From NCBI GenBank assembly GCA_011109175.1, contig RDEW01000134.1, forward strand, positions 1-49,557: a stretch of 49,557 nt of DNA, given 5' to 3'. The position numbers were made by a program, and so were the translations under genes. The DNA is from Dicyema japonicum. Taxonomy: Eukaryota > Animalia > Dicyemida. This document shows positions 25,500 through 38,590 of this stretch, piece by piece; position 1 is the first letter of the stretch; every line of letters starts with the position of its first letter. The notes beneath the pieces are model-generated. The model was not told where the DNA came from and made no database searches. It saw only the letters and a program-made list of their open reading frames with translations.

Positions 25500-26590
25500 T
25501 CCATAGTCGGTTGAATCAAACATCTCCAGTTAGTTAGTTAAGTAACCCCAGCCTCACTAACTTGTAGGAGGCCAGAAGATATTAAATAGGACGCAACAGA
25601 TGTGAGTCGCTCCCATAGATCGGTCAGCATTGTAGACGAACGTTGTGCTAATTCATGACATTCGAATAGGTGGTTTGTTGTCAACACGTAGAGGTTGCAA
25701 AAGGACAGAATATCGTACGTTGGTAGATAGGGGTGGTGCACACATAGTAGACGAGCCAGGTTTACTCTGACGTCCCTCGGAAGAGATTGGTTTATTCTAG
25801 GAGGTTCGAGAAAGTTAGTAGTTGGTCATAAATAACTCGTGTTCAAATAGTGTTCAAAGCGTGTTTGTTGTGGTGTTTTTACATTCCCTGAAACTTATCC
25901 CAATATAAGAGCTGTTGATGGGGAAAGACCTGGCAACCAACCCTGCATTTAAATGCCAAGAAAATCTTATGAGGAAACTCTCCTACGATCTAATTGGAAG
26001 CAACGTTACTGAAAAACATCAAATTTCGAGTCTTCGTCACAGATATGGAGAGTGAAAGCGGACAGCCGGTTTTCATTTCCCACTGTAGAAATGACTTCAC
26101 TCTCCACCTTAGATGTTCTTTAACATTCAATACGTTATTCACGGTTTTCTTATTAATTATTTTCAAGGCAGCAAGTTGTGCGGCTTCTTAATTTTTGAAG
26201 ACGCGATTCAGAAATCATCGAGCTCCAGGAGGGCATGCGTATTCGATTACTGCAGTATGTATTGTCTGTAAATTTTTTGTATAGTAAGAAGTGTTATGCC
26301 CGATTGGTGATGGGGACAGAATTTTCAATATGTTGGTCTTCCTCTGACCTTGGTAATAACGTCATTGACGTGTTCGCCGAATGTCAGGAGAGTATCCAAC
26401 TTTAATTCTAGTATTGTTGGAGATTTATTCATACTTAAATAATTTGATTTTGGGAGAGTATAATGATCTTCCGGACACAGAACAAATCCCGAAGGGCGAG
26501 TGATAAATATGTACAACCAGATCGACTATATCATATGCAGGCAAAAAGATCGAGGAATTATACTTGATTGACGAGCTTATGGTGGATCGA
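25500..26590 (-). mobile_element. Ingi/Vingi-like (I-group) LINE 3' part
   Basis: P.ILELKLDTLLTFGEHV, IEYACPSW, PP.I..SLPRDVRVNLARL, HLFEC...LTDLWER...VASYL. Confidence 0.8.
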
Positions 26591-26594
26591 TTGT

Positions 26595-28794
26595 CGACAG
26601 CGATTACAAAATGGTTATTGCTAGACTTTCTCTAAAGAGATTTATGGTACTGAAATGGAAGCACATTGGAACCACAGAACTCAACTATAGTCGTTATAAC
26701 TTGGAATCCTTAATAAGTCAATCAGAAGGGGTCCTAGCATTCAAAGAATATCTGGATGCAGAACTAGAAAACATGCCTACAGATTTGCCGCCCGGAAAAT
26801 CTTGGGATTTTGTAAAGCAGTCAATACATAAAGGAGCCAGCCTGCATCTATTAAAAGAACATGAGAAAATCCAATCGCACAATGAAACGTACACGGTGAA
26901 GGACCGTGCCAATAAGCAGAAGACCATATGGATGCTATATAAAAATACTGACGATTCGAACGTGAAATCAAAATTGCGGCTAGAAATAAAAACTATCAAA
27001 GCAAAAATAAGAAAAACTATACGCCAGCATAACAGAAATAGAGCACTGGACCAGATTAAGAAGATAGAATCTCTCAAGGACAACGCTATTCTACGAGGCT
27101 GTAAACAGATAAAAGGAAAGAGACCCCATAAACGGATAATGATAAGAGATGACAAAGGAACGCAGATTATGGACCAAAGGGAAGTGGATGAAATTATCGC
27201 TGCCCACTTTGGAAAACTATTCAATCCAAGGAACGACACTATCATACTAGAAAGAGGAAAATTGGATAAGGAAAAAGCATGATAAGAAGTTGAACTTGCG
27301 AGTTCCAAGTTGAAAAACGACAGCACTCCTGGGCCCGACGGACTGGTGGTGAAATCTTCAAATACGGAACCCAAAAGCTGTATGAATGCATCGCTAGGAT
27401 CCTGAATGAAATGTACTATTATGTTCACACGCTGACCCTGGGAGAGGGTATGTTGATACCTGTACAGAAGGCGAATAAACCAAGATCTAAGGTGGAGAAC
27501 CTCCGTCCAGTCATATTAATGAATTCACTTCGGAAAATTCTGGCGAACATAACATTACAAAGGATGGAAGGACGCCTAGATACTTTTCTGTCGCTATACC
27601 ACAGCGGATTCCGAAAAGGAAGATCTACTTCCGATGTTTTGTGGTCCCACAAGTGGAGATCTGCGGCCGTTCAAAAGTTCAAAATGTCTACAACCATCCT
27701 CGGAATCGACATTTCGAGGGCCTTCGACTCTGTCGACAGACGGAGGCTAATACTGGTTTTGGAAAGTTTCCTAGACGCTTCCACTGTCAGAATGGCCACC
27801 ACCCTCCTAGCTGATACTTGGCTCACTGTAAGAGTCGGGGGAGCCTCGTCTCGCCGATTTGAGACGACTGTTGGCACTCCACAGGGAGACCCATTATCAT
27901 CTATCCTTTTTGTCATATACCTTGAAGCTGCTTTACGGGAGTCAAAACCGATAATGGGTGAAAAGACAAACATTATTGCGTATGCTGACGACGTAGACTT
28001 TATTTCAAACGACAAAATACCGCTCACCCGCTTGATGGAAGAAGTGTCTGGAAGACTAGCCGAATGGTTCCTAACAGTAAATCCGGACAAGACTGACGTA
28101 ACTGAACTCAAGAGGGATGAAACAAGGACGGAGGAATACTGGCGCAAATGCAAAAAGCTTGGCTCTCTCCTAGGAGACCATGAATAAATTACAAGAAGGA
28201 AAACCCTAGCACAAACTGCCCTCTCCAGATTAAAGAACACCTGGCTCCACAAAAGGGATTTGACACTATAACAAAAACTCGATTATACAACTCGCTAGTG
28301 AAACCCATACAACTGTATAACGCTGGTACCTGAGCCTGCTCAAGAAATGAACTGAAGAGGCTTAATTCGTTTCATAGAAACCAACTACAGCATATGATGT
28401 TCGAAAGAAGTGATACGAGGATGTCATCTAATCTTCTTTATAAAAGGACGAAAACCTCAGAAATTTCTAATGAGATTCTGGATACACGACAGAGGCTTTT
28501 CTACCATATTCTGCGACTGGACTTAGATGCCCTCGCGAACGTAGCCATGGAGGATTACTTCATGTTGGAGGCCCCCGTTTCCGTGGTCGCCCAAGAGCGA
28601 CACTGGCAGTCGTTCTCGATGAGGACTTCAAAGAAATGGAACGGCATCTTGAAGTAGAGAGGATCTTGACTGGTTGCGCACTGCGGCTTTGAATAGGAGG
28701 AAGTGGATGAAACTAACCAGTGATTTGCTAACTCGTGTTGCACATGCTTTGTCAAGTCCTATGACATAGCGATAAGTGCTTATAATAATAATAA
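26595..28794 (+). mobile_element. RTE-like LINE, 5'-truncated at APE end, through (TAA)n tail
   Basis: SDYKMVIARL; ORFs 26611-27282 and 27411-28187 (LRPVILMNS, ISRAFDSV, GTPQGDPLS, AYADDVDF); tail GCTTATAATAATAATAA at 28778-28794. Confidence 0.93.
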
Positions 28795-28809
28795 GGAGTA
28801 AATTAACTA

Positions 28810-30722
28810 ATTAAGCGTATTTTGATCCAGATTTTTGGTCTCTTAGAAGAAGAGTGTGCCATAACCTCCCTGTTACTCCGCATCTCCACATCAGATTCAG
28901 TCAAAATATCTCCGTTAGAGTCCAGTGGGCTGTTCCACAAGTTGGGAAGGAGCAGAGGCGTACTCTTCATCGTATACCTTCATCCCATGTTCAATGAGCA
29001 TACTTTCGAGCGTTCTCTTCAGCACAACCGATTGGATGTAAGTCCTCGTTGATTCTTCAATAGATAATTTATCCATATGATTCTTGAAGCATCTTGAAAC
29101 AACTCCATCCCATGTCAAAACCACTGGAATAATCTTCACTTGGCATTCATAGAGCAGCGAAAGTTCATTTGCTAGCAAGTCATATTTGTGAAGTTTCTCA
29201 ACTTCAACTTGCTTTAGTCGGTCTTGTGAGGTAATCCCCACTTCAATTAACGTTACTTCCTTCTTTATTTTGTCATACACGAAAATATCAGGTTTATTGT
29301 ATTGGACTTTTGTTTCTGTCAAAATCGACGTGTCAACTCTAATTTCGACATTTTGATTCGTCAATATTGACTGAACCGAATGTCCTTTCAATTTCCTGCT
29401 TCTTTTGATTCCATAAATTCGACAAAGATGAAGATGGATGCACTTTACCACTTCATTATGTCTTCGGAGATAATCACTATTTAGCATTTTTCCACACTGA
29501 GTGGCCAAATGATCAACAGTTTTCTTGCTTTTTTTACAATGGTTGCATAATGACCCCGTGTGTGCAAAAAACAAATTCCTATCTTGCAAAAGACAGTACA
29601 ATGCTTCGCTCCGTGGGCCGTTATTTCCTTTGGATAACCATTCTGAGGAAGTATATAGGTCGACATTTGTTTCATCAATACATTTGAACATAATTGAGTG
29701 TAGTGTTCTGCAATAAATTTTATTTAATAAATATTTTTTCTGAGTGTCCTTGAGGGACTTAATATCCATGCTTTCCCTGTCGGCAATTGCATATTTAGAG
29801 CAAGAAATCCTGCGATTGTAGCCAAGTGCCATTTTTTTGTTTTTATTACTCGCAGAATCCCCGACCTTCGCAAACACACAGTCGACTGTTTTTCCAAACT
29901 TTTAAAAAACTAGAAAAGAATTAATTCGCTCTTTAATGAAATCGAGGTAAGTCCTTCCAAAAGTCTTCCTGTCCAAATACAGCCTCTCTTTATTTGCAGG
30001 TTTGAGGTGCAACTTGAGTGACGTAAGCAGTTGCCGTATTTGTTGGTCAGTATCATCAAATTCGTATGGATCAATATTAATTAATCCTATATAATGGTTA
30101 TATAGGGAAATTAGTTTTTGAAAGCATGGTTATTCTTTCTTAACATTTTCAAGTATGGACTCCATAACTTTGCTTTAAGAACATTACTTCCCTCGTCTTC
30201 AAAAAACACCCAAATATTCGATATCCACTGACTCCTTCCAGAGTCTCACAACATGATAACGATTTTACCTTAGAAAATGACTTTTCCGAATTCATCTCCA
30301 AGCCGGCAACATGAAAGAACTCGATACAACTTTCATCATTTTGATAACAGTATCTTCTTTTAGCCCAAATATCTTTAGACCATCAATGAATAACAAATGA
30401 TTTGTAGAATAAGTCAGTGTATTAGGATCCTCCTGATTAATTTGGAGTCTTGGGAACATAGTGTTAAGGGTCCTGCTCAAGGGTTCCATTACTATAACAA
30501 ATAGTTGAGGGGATAATGAATCTCTTTGCAGAATTCCACGTCCCAGTTTTACAGAACCAATTCTTCTTCCATCTAAGTGGAGATTTACAGTCCACTTCTT
30601 GACTATGGTCTTTACAAAGTTAACAATCCAACGGGGTATTCCTGAACAGTCCAATACATGAAATAAAAATTCATGGTCAACAGAATCAAAGGCCTTTTCA
30701 CATCAACCCAAGCAGAATAAAG
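28810..30722 (-). mobile_element. R4/Dong-like RLE retrotransposon, 5'-truncated
   Basis: FDSVDH, GILQRDSLSPQLF, HLLFIDGLK; ORF 28915-29877 with CNHC..TVDHLATQC, RRHNEVV, NKPDI, IEVG, KLHKY. Confidence 0.93.
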
Positions 30723-32620
30723 CAATCGATTTGATATGAGCCAATGTTCCAACATACCAATATAACTTTGAAGTTTCATCCCTTCCTTCTCATAGTTAGA
30801 GTCTCTCGTCGCAAGAACAATGTCATCTGCTTATGAGAGTGTCAATGTATTGGGATCATGGGAAGGTCATTGGTGTACAAGTACACGGAGTCGAATGCTT
30901 TCCTCAAGTCTATTAAAGCCATTATGGTCTTTTTATGCGGTTTTGGATAGGAGAATCCATCAGATATATATTGAGTTAATTTTGTTAAGTCGTAGTAGAA
31001 TGATTTTCACAAAATCCATGCTGGAATACTCGATTTGCACGATATCTTTGATTCGTGTTAAAATTAATTTTTCCATAATTCGGGACAACTACATGATATT
31101 GCAGAGGGATCGTTTGCAGGTTTGTTTGGCTTTCGAATTGGCAAAATTATGGATTTCTTCCATATAGAAGGTATCATATTATTGTTCACAGATAGAGTAT
31201 AAACGTATGATAGGAATTCGGTTGCCTTTTTACCCAGGTGTTTCAGTTCCATCATCGAGACATTGTCAGCACCTCGGGAACGGGAGTTTTCGGCATCCAT
31301 GATTGCGTTTCGAACTTGTTGCGGAGTAAAGACAATCAAGTCATATGATGGATACAACTTCTTCTTGTTGACTCTGTGTTCCTCGAGAAATTTTTATGGC
31401 TGATTGACATAATGTTACATTGAAATATTTGGGTCGATGTTGCTACATCCCTCTCCGTGGAAAGCTTTCTCAGAGCCTTCATTGCAACGTCTCAAATATT
31501 TAATTTTCCTCCATATCAGCGTCTCGGATATATTTGGCGATAGATAATCAATAAGTGATGTCCATTGCTTCTTGATTCTAGACTGGGTAACTTGTTTAAT
31601 TTGTTTATTTAAGGTTTTCATTTTTTGGAAATCGTCATTTGATAAATCCTTTTGCCTCTTTAATTTATATTCCTGTTTGATGGCATTGGAATAAATAGTT
31701 TTATTGTTTGGAGTATAATGTCCGTGAAAGTTTTGATCATGTGGTCAATTGATGAGAATACCAATGTGTAAAATACTTACATGTTGGTGTCGATGTAATT
31801 AGAGAAGTTGGACCAATCCGCGCTTTCAAATTTAAAAAAGTGGAATTCTGTCTGATAAATTTATTTTCAGTCTTGGTTTTCATCATAATAGGGTTGTGAT
31901 TACTTCTTAGTTATATTTTACAGTCCAGTTGATGAGGGGAAACATTGATGGGGAACATAAAGAGAGGTCAGGGGATGCAGGTTTGTCTCTTGTTCGAGTA
32001 GGTGTTCTTGTGTTGCTTTTGGTGTTATTTAATATACAAAATTGTCCCAAATTTCTGGCCAGTAGGTTTCCTCTACTGTTTGGTTTCAGGCCTTCATAAT
32101 TGATGTTTGGCGTTGATGTCACCACATAGTAGTAGGTTTTTGAGGTTTGAGAAATTCTGTAGGTTAGGGTAATACCCATTTGGACAGGAGCTAGTAGGTG
32201 GAATATATACATTGACAATATTTATAGTTTTTCTAGGAATTCTAATATTTATGTCAATTAGTTCTAAATGGTCATCTTCTGGATAGAATTTTCGGATTTT
32301 GTTTGAAATATCTTCATATTGAATTCCATTTCTTATTAGTGTCATTAGTCTTCCACCAAGCTTAATTCTTTCTCTTTACGGATAATGGAGTATCCGGGAA
32401 AGGTTGGAGTTCGTATGTTGCTTGTAGCTTTGTCTCTTGGACTAGAGCAATGTCAATTTCATTTCTACTGAGTAAGTGGCGGACTTCAGCACCTTGCTTC
32501 GTATTCCGTTAATATTAATCTGGACCATGTTGATTTCAGGGCCTGGGTTGGATTCGACGTCTCCACACAAAATAGAGCGTACCTGGAAAACCATCCTCCT
32601 TCATGGATAGGGAATTATTG
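30723..32620 (-). mobile_element. Ingi/Vingi-like LINE with intact-looking 5' end (2A + APE + RT), degenerate, internally deleted
   Basis: GDVESNPGP then QININGIRSK, VQETK, NVYIPP, CGDINAKH, SPDLSL, GADNVS..ELKHL, WKKSIILPIRKP, DLRKAFDSV, ADD. Confidence 0.9.
32538..32594 (-). other. 2A-like StopGo (ribosomal skipping) peptide
   Basis: MVFQVRSILCGDVESNPG|P matches the D(V/I)ExNPGP consensus, in frame with the APE start. Confidence 0.85.
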
Positions 32621-32726
32621 TTGACTTTAGTAGACTAAACAATTAAATAAAATTTTTTAATTTAAATTTTTAATTTTTTTATTGAAAACAATTTATTACG
32701 CAGAAAGACAATCAAAATAGAAAATT

Positions 32727-32765
32727 GGTTCATGAGATCTCCAAGGGTCGGACACGACTTGATTT
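32727..32765 (+). mobile_element. RTE/BovB-like 3' terminus stub
   Basis: GTTCATGAGATCTCCAAGGGTCGGACACGACTTGA resembles the BovB-type end (...AGAGTCGGACACGACTGA; VH.V.KSRTRL). Confidence 0.4.
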
Positions 32766-32898
32766 GGATAACATAACTTTTAGAAGACAGTCTTTAATAA
32801 AATTTCCAGTTGTGGACGACTTTACTTATTAAATAGGACAACATAAGTCAATAAAAGTCAATTTCAATTCAGAGTTAGACTTTAGTCTAAAAATAATG

Positions 32899-34020
32899 AT
32901 TATTATTATAAGCAACTACATAGAATCATATAAACTATAATTCTATTCGTGCCGCGTCTGAACAATCCTCTTAATTAGCCTTTCCCATCCCCTTCTGTCC
33001 GATGCCAAGTGCCGCAGACTACTAAGGTCTTCACCGTCCTTTAGTAGTCTGGTTACTGATCTCAGGTCACCATTAAGGACTTCCGGAAGAGTTATTCTTG
33101 GACGACCTCTGAACTTCTCCCCTGACGTATCGAAGTATTCTTCCATGACGACGTTTGCTGGCGTGTCTTGTTCCAATCTGAGAATATGGCCAAACAATCT
33201 CCAGCGAGCCTTCATGATCATGGTGCTCAGAGGTCCGGAACCGCATCTTCTATATAAATTTTCACTCCCTACACGCATTGGCCACTTTAGTCCTAGAGAG
33301 ACCGAAGTTGCCTTCTGTGAAAGGAGTCAAGGTTTTGTTTCGTCCGTTTTCGAAATTCCCCACGTCCCAGAGTTTGTATGTTAGTATGGGCCTCACGAAC
33401 GCCTCATACAACATGAGTCGGAGTGATGCGCCCGACCGAGCATTTTCTTATCCAACATTTCATAAGTTTTTGCATAGTAACCGTAGATAACAATTTTCTT
33501 CTTGCAATGTCTTCGAGTCTCCGAGAAGAGAGCCAAGCTTTACGGTCTTCCTCCAACATTCACTATTGCGTAGTTCCATCCGCTTAATTTCAACAATATC
33601 CGTTTTCTGAACATTCAGTGATAGACACCATTTGGCCAAACAGCCTGATGCAACCTCCAAGAGACGTAAGAGTGCTTCTTTGTCAGTCGAGATAAAGTCA
33701 ACATCATCGGCATACACATCTCCATAATATCATTGTTGTAAACTCCGGAGGTCTTGCAGAGCCGATTCAAGGTATATAGCAAACAGTACTTGGGAAAGGG
33801 AATCTCCTTGGGGTGTGCCCACTGTTGAAATAATTTCCCGTGACAAACATTTTCCAATACGCACTCGTAACCTCGTGTTTGATAAGAGTAACCGTATCAG
33901 AATAACCGAGTCCTTATCCAGGAAACTTTCAAGCACTTCAATGAGTTTTCCCCGACGGACAGTGTCGAAAGCTCTGGTCAGATCAATTCCAAGGATAGTC
34001 TTTGAGCTCCGGAATCTCTG
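32899..34020 (-). mobile_element. RTE-like LINE, RT through (TAA)n tail
   Basis: DLTRAFD, GTPQGDSLSQVLF, YADDVDF, WRLFGHILR, RGRPR, DRRGW; tail GCTTATAATAATAAT. Confidence 0.92.
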
Positions 34021-35327
34021 TTGAAAAATAATGATTGATTTAAAAAAATGTCAAAAAAAAAGTTTCTATAAAAAGTTTTTTAGGTCAATTAGGTCAATTT
34101 TTAAATAAAAAACTTAATAATATAATTATATCATAATTTTAAGCATCAAAATAAATTTAAAATAATCGGCGTGACATTTCTGTCTTGTTGTAACAAATCT
34201 TTAACTAAATTATACACTACATATGCCTAAAAATAAGCCTTTCGATTTAAAAAAAAAGCTAAAAATATTTGTGACAAATATCCCAGAGAGTTTTCAATTA
34301 CACCGAATGGAATGCTTTTTAGTAATTATGTGAGTCACCCGTAACTTGCAAGAAACAATTGTGAACAAGCACAGGGAAACACAGAAGCACTCTTCACGAA
34401 TAAATATATCACAGATAAAAAACAATTGAATATTGTTCCAAATTATTTCTTCAGAAAATTTGCAACAGACGTAACGGAAGCATTTGCATCCGCAACATTC
34501 CACTCTATAAATTGAGGAATCGACTTCGAAAGTATTGGGCATCCACTTTCTTCAGAGTTTACTTGCCGCAATATAGTAGAAACTTTAGCTCAACGAAAGA
34601 TATCCAAAATAATTAATTTAATTTCAAATAAGAAAATTAGTTTAAATAAATTAATTGTTAAGGTTTTTTTGATTGTGGACGAAACTGGAGAAACAAATTT
34701 GTTAATTGTCTAGTTGGAGCGTTGGCAAATCCGCAAAGCTCTTAATAGATTGTACAAAAAATGATTCCTCTTCGAATTCGTCTATTATCAGTCAATTATC
34801 GAAGACAATTGTTTAAAGAAATTGGGTACCCACCAGAACCAATAGTTACGAAATGGGGGAGCTGGCTTAAGGTTGTTTCTTACTATGCTACAAACCTGCC
34901 AAATGTTGTTCAAATATGGACTTCCTTAGAAGGAGATTCTTTGCTTATTAAAAAAGCGAAAAAATGTTTACTTAATGGACAACTTCATGAAGATCCAACA
35001 ACGATAATATCACAATATTCACATTTATAATATTTGCTTGATGATTTAGAATCGACCATTTTTACTATAAAGCATACAATTATTTGAAAAAATTGGATTT
35101 AAAAAAAAAACGTATGTGGAATAAAAAACTTATATTAACAAAAGGATTAATTCTAATGATATCACAAAAATAATGAATTTCGATGATATTTCACCTTTAG
35201 ATTATTATTTGTTGATTGAATGTCAGATCGTGCGCAGTGGAACGATCATTTTTGATTCTTAACAAAATCTTATCCAAGGATAGGAATTTTAGAGCGGATA
35301 ATGTAAAATATTACTTAATTGTGAATA

Positions 35328-36899
35328 CAGTAAACCCTCATTAATCCGAACTTTTTAGGACTATGAAGGGAATAAATAGATTAATTTCATTGTAGTTAAT
35401 ATTTTTGTTTTCACATACAATAATAATCTCTCCATTTTAGCATCAATGCTTTACAAAGAATGACGATTTCGTTCTCGTCGAGCACTTCTGTTTGAGTTAT
35501 TTCTTGTTCATTAGCAAGTTCAGTTCTTTCGATACTCATTCAAAACAGGATCTTGCATTATATCTTCATTAGCAAATTAATCAAGACACTTAATTGCCTC
35601 AGTCTTTTTAAAACAATTTTTATGGTCTTTTTGTACTTCGTGTGTGAGATACCATAATGATGGCATTCCGTAAATTCACAAAAAATTCTTTTTCCAAATC
35701 AAGAGGTATATAATCTAAAATAAGCCCTTTTCTATAATAATGCTTAAAGTTTTTGATTATTCATTCATCCATGGTTGAAGATGTGCAGTTATGTTTTTTG
35801 GAAGGAATAGAATTTCAATTTTCAAAAAATTTCGTTAAAACATGGAACATCATCAATCAGTAAAAAGAACTTTTTTCTGTAACATTTTAATTCATCACTA
35901 TGATGACTGATGAAAACATTAAAAAATTCTGTTGTCATTCAAACCTTTTTATTTACATAGTACAATAATTTTAAAAGTCAAAAATCTTTTAAAAATCTTG
36001 GTCTTCTATTATGGCCAACAAAAAGGATTAATTTTTATTGTTCCAGTTTCATTAGCACAGAGCTATAGTAATCCTCACTTTTGATTGCTTTATGCCATTT
36101 CTATCTTTACATGAAATTGTTTTATAAAGGGTAAGATTAAAAAAAGTGTCTAGTTTCATCCATTTTTACCAATACGTCATGGTCAACTTCTTTTAACTTA
36201 TCATATTTGTCTATTCAAATTACTGGCTGAGACAACGAATTGGTATCGCGGAAACGCTTACTCCGTGATGTCAGCAGCCGCTCTCCCTCATAGTTAATAG
36301 ATAACATTTTATTGTTCATAAATTTTTCACGTTGTTAAGATGTTAGCTTCTCCATGAAGAACTTTTAGTTTAAGATTAAATCTTCCTTTAAATCTGTGTA
36401 GCCTCTACTAACTTCAAAATCATTGATCCAAGCTTTTCACAAATACATTGGCTTACTAAATAATGATATCTTCGATAATAAAACCATTAATTTTATCCAT
36501 TCAACAAGTTAATTATCAAGTTGATGTGTTTACTTGGCTCTTCACTTGTTATCGTAGTTTCACAGTTTTCCAACTTTCACGGTTTTTTAGAATTTCTGAA
36601 AGTGTAGAAATTCCCAAATAAAGATCATTTTTTTCACAGATATGGGATAATTCTCTGAGAGTCATATTGATGTATTTTTATTTCACAAATATTACTTTTT
36701 TCTAACATTTGGTTTTAAATTTAAATATAAATTCATTTGAATGTATGATAAATACAAAATAAATTAATCCGAAATTTTTAATAAATGTTTTTTGGATTGC
36801 GGATTATTAAGTTTCGGTTTATTGAAGCTTGTTTGTAAGGAAATTTTGTAAAATTTTGCTAACTCATCTAAAAAAATTCGGATTAATGAGAATTTATTG
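35328..36899 (-). mobile_element. pogo/Tigger element with both TIRs and TA TSD (1.57 kb), degenerate transposase
   Basis: TA|CAGTAAACCCTCATTAATCCGAA...TTCGGATTAATGAGAATTTATTG|TA (20/23 match); RFKGRFNL..LHGEA, N.DET, RITI.LCAN on the minus strand. Confidence 0.9.
36226..36330 (+). mobile_element. CRE-clade 3' stub inside the pogo element
   Basis: Near-identical to 36985-37090 (-) with a 10-nt deletion between TCGC repeats. Confidence 0.85.
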
Positions 36900-36952
36900 T
36901 ATCTCTAAAAAACGATGGATAAAATTACTTTAAATTTTCACAATCGTAGTTT

Positions 36953-37295
36953 TTTTTTTTTTTTTTTTTAAATCAAAAATTTATTAACAATAAAATATTA
37001 TTTATTAACTATGGGGGAGAGCGGCTGCTGACATCACGGAGTAAGCGTTTCCGCGAATAACAGCGATACCAATTCTTTGCCTCAGCCAGACCGCTTCCCG
37101 CACGTCTTTCTTGCGGTGGGCCAATTTTCCCCGATTTCCTTTAGGAAAGAGGCTGTAATACTTCCAGCCGCACCAGACGTCTCGATTGCTATCGGTACAA
37201 AACGGTAGCGGTCTCCAATTTCGCCATATTTTTTAATCTTGATTTTTTCGGCCATATCGGCTGCCGATCCAGCAGACTGCGCCGAGCTGAGCATC
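36953..37295 (-). mobile_element. CRE-clade 5'-truncated insertion with poly(A) and 10-bp TSD
   Basis: KIKKYG..YRFVPIAIETSG...IAVIRGNA; poly(T) 36950-36968 on +; ATCGTAGTTT at 36943-36952 and 37296-37305. Confidence 0.92.
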
Positions 37296-37639
37296 ATCGT
37301 AGTTTATATATGAAAATAAAATTGTAACGGGTATTTTTAGATCAATTTTTGGTCAATTTTTTAAGATCAATTAAATTTTAAGGGCAATTTTTATTTTTTA
37401 AGTCAATAAAAATGTTTCCATACTTATAACATAATTACATTCTTAGTCGAATTATTCATATTTTTGAAATAATATGGCTGATTTAATAAAGAGGAATTTA
37501 TTTTTTGTGCCTTTTCGCATTGCAATTGTCCACAATAAATATCATAGTCATCTTTATGGTTAGACTCGTAATGCCTTATTATTTATTTAATAACCTCGAA
37601 AAGGGAACACCAAAAAAGAAAGAGTAAACCAACTTATTA

Positions 37640-38590
37640 AGTGATCCTGGTACACCTCAAACGGATCGAGAGGTTTTTCTTGTGTTCCTCCAGAGTACCA
37701 CGGCTTTCCTGTACCAACGACGATCACCTTTCATTAGATTTTGAAGAGGGTTTTTTTTTCATTTTACGTGGAGTCTCCATAATTGTTCAAATCCAGTGTA
37801 TGTTTTTCTTTTCTGTCTGTGGTGAAGATTGTATACGTTGATTTATCCCTGGATATGGAGAAACGATTCAACTTCAACCAAACTCCACAACCAAACTCCC
37901 AGGTCGTCAATATGTGACTGAAGCTCTGACTTTGCTGTACCCAAGTATTTGTTCCTTCTAGCGATGATTAGGTCGTCAGCATAAGTGAGAAGCATTAAAT
38001 CTGGTCCTCCAGGGCAGGGTAAATTGTTTAGGAATAAATTGAATAGCCCCGGAAAGAGAGGCGATCCTTGAGGTACGCCATTTGGTAGAAGATGGGACCT
38101 CGATCTTGTGTGTCCTATACAGACACGTCCTCCTCTTCGGGAAAGAAAATTGGCTGTCCATCTTTTCAAATCCGGGTGAATGGTGGTGTCAAAAACCTTT
38201 TCCGTGAGTAATGTTCTCGGGACAGAATCGAACGCCTTATTGATCTCCAGGGAGACCACTATTGTCCGTAGATGGCGTTTCGGTTCGTTGAAATTGAGAC
38301 AGTTAAGTCAAATGTGTCGTAGTTGAAAGCTCATATTTGAAACCATGTTGAAAGGGGCACTCGGGCAAATGGGGTTTAATTTTCCAGAGTACGAGTTTTT
38401 CCATTAGGCGCGATATGCGCACGTCAATGAATTTGGACGGTAGGAAGAAGGTAAGGTTTCGGTTTTTCTGGTTTTGAGAGGGGTATTATAAGTGAGTTCT
38501 TCCATTTGCATGGGATAAAGTTCTTGTTAAAAAACAAATTAAAAATTGACGTAATCAAATTGATTGCAACATTACCAAGGTGTTTTATTA
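37640..38590 (-). mobile_element. Ingi/jockey-group LINE RT fragment
   Basis: WKNSLIIPLSKP, INKAFDSV, GVPQGSPLFP.LFN, TYADD. Confidence 0.88.

Larger units (their letters stand above)
34030..37590 (+). mobile_element. CGGBP1-like (hAT-related) DNA transposon, internally deleted, hosting nested insertions
   Basis: MPKNK...FSITPNGMLF, VDET, PPEPIVTKWGSWL...YY, VERSF..LNKILS..R.NF; GGTCAATT subterminal repeats at ~34083-34100 and ~37340-37400. Confidence 0.75.

Noticed and set aside
26718-28252. Long minus-strand ORFs (26718-27428, 27671-28252) and similar ORF-track entries
   Set aside because: Antisense shadows of RTE, CRE or host coding strands
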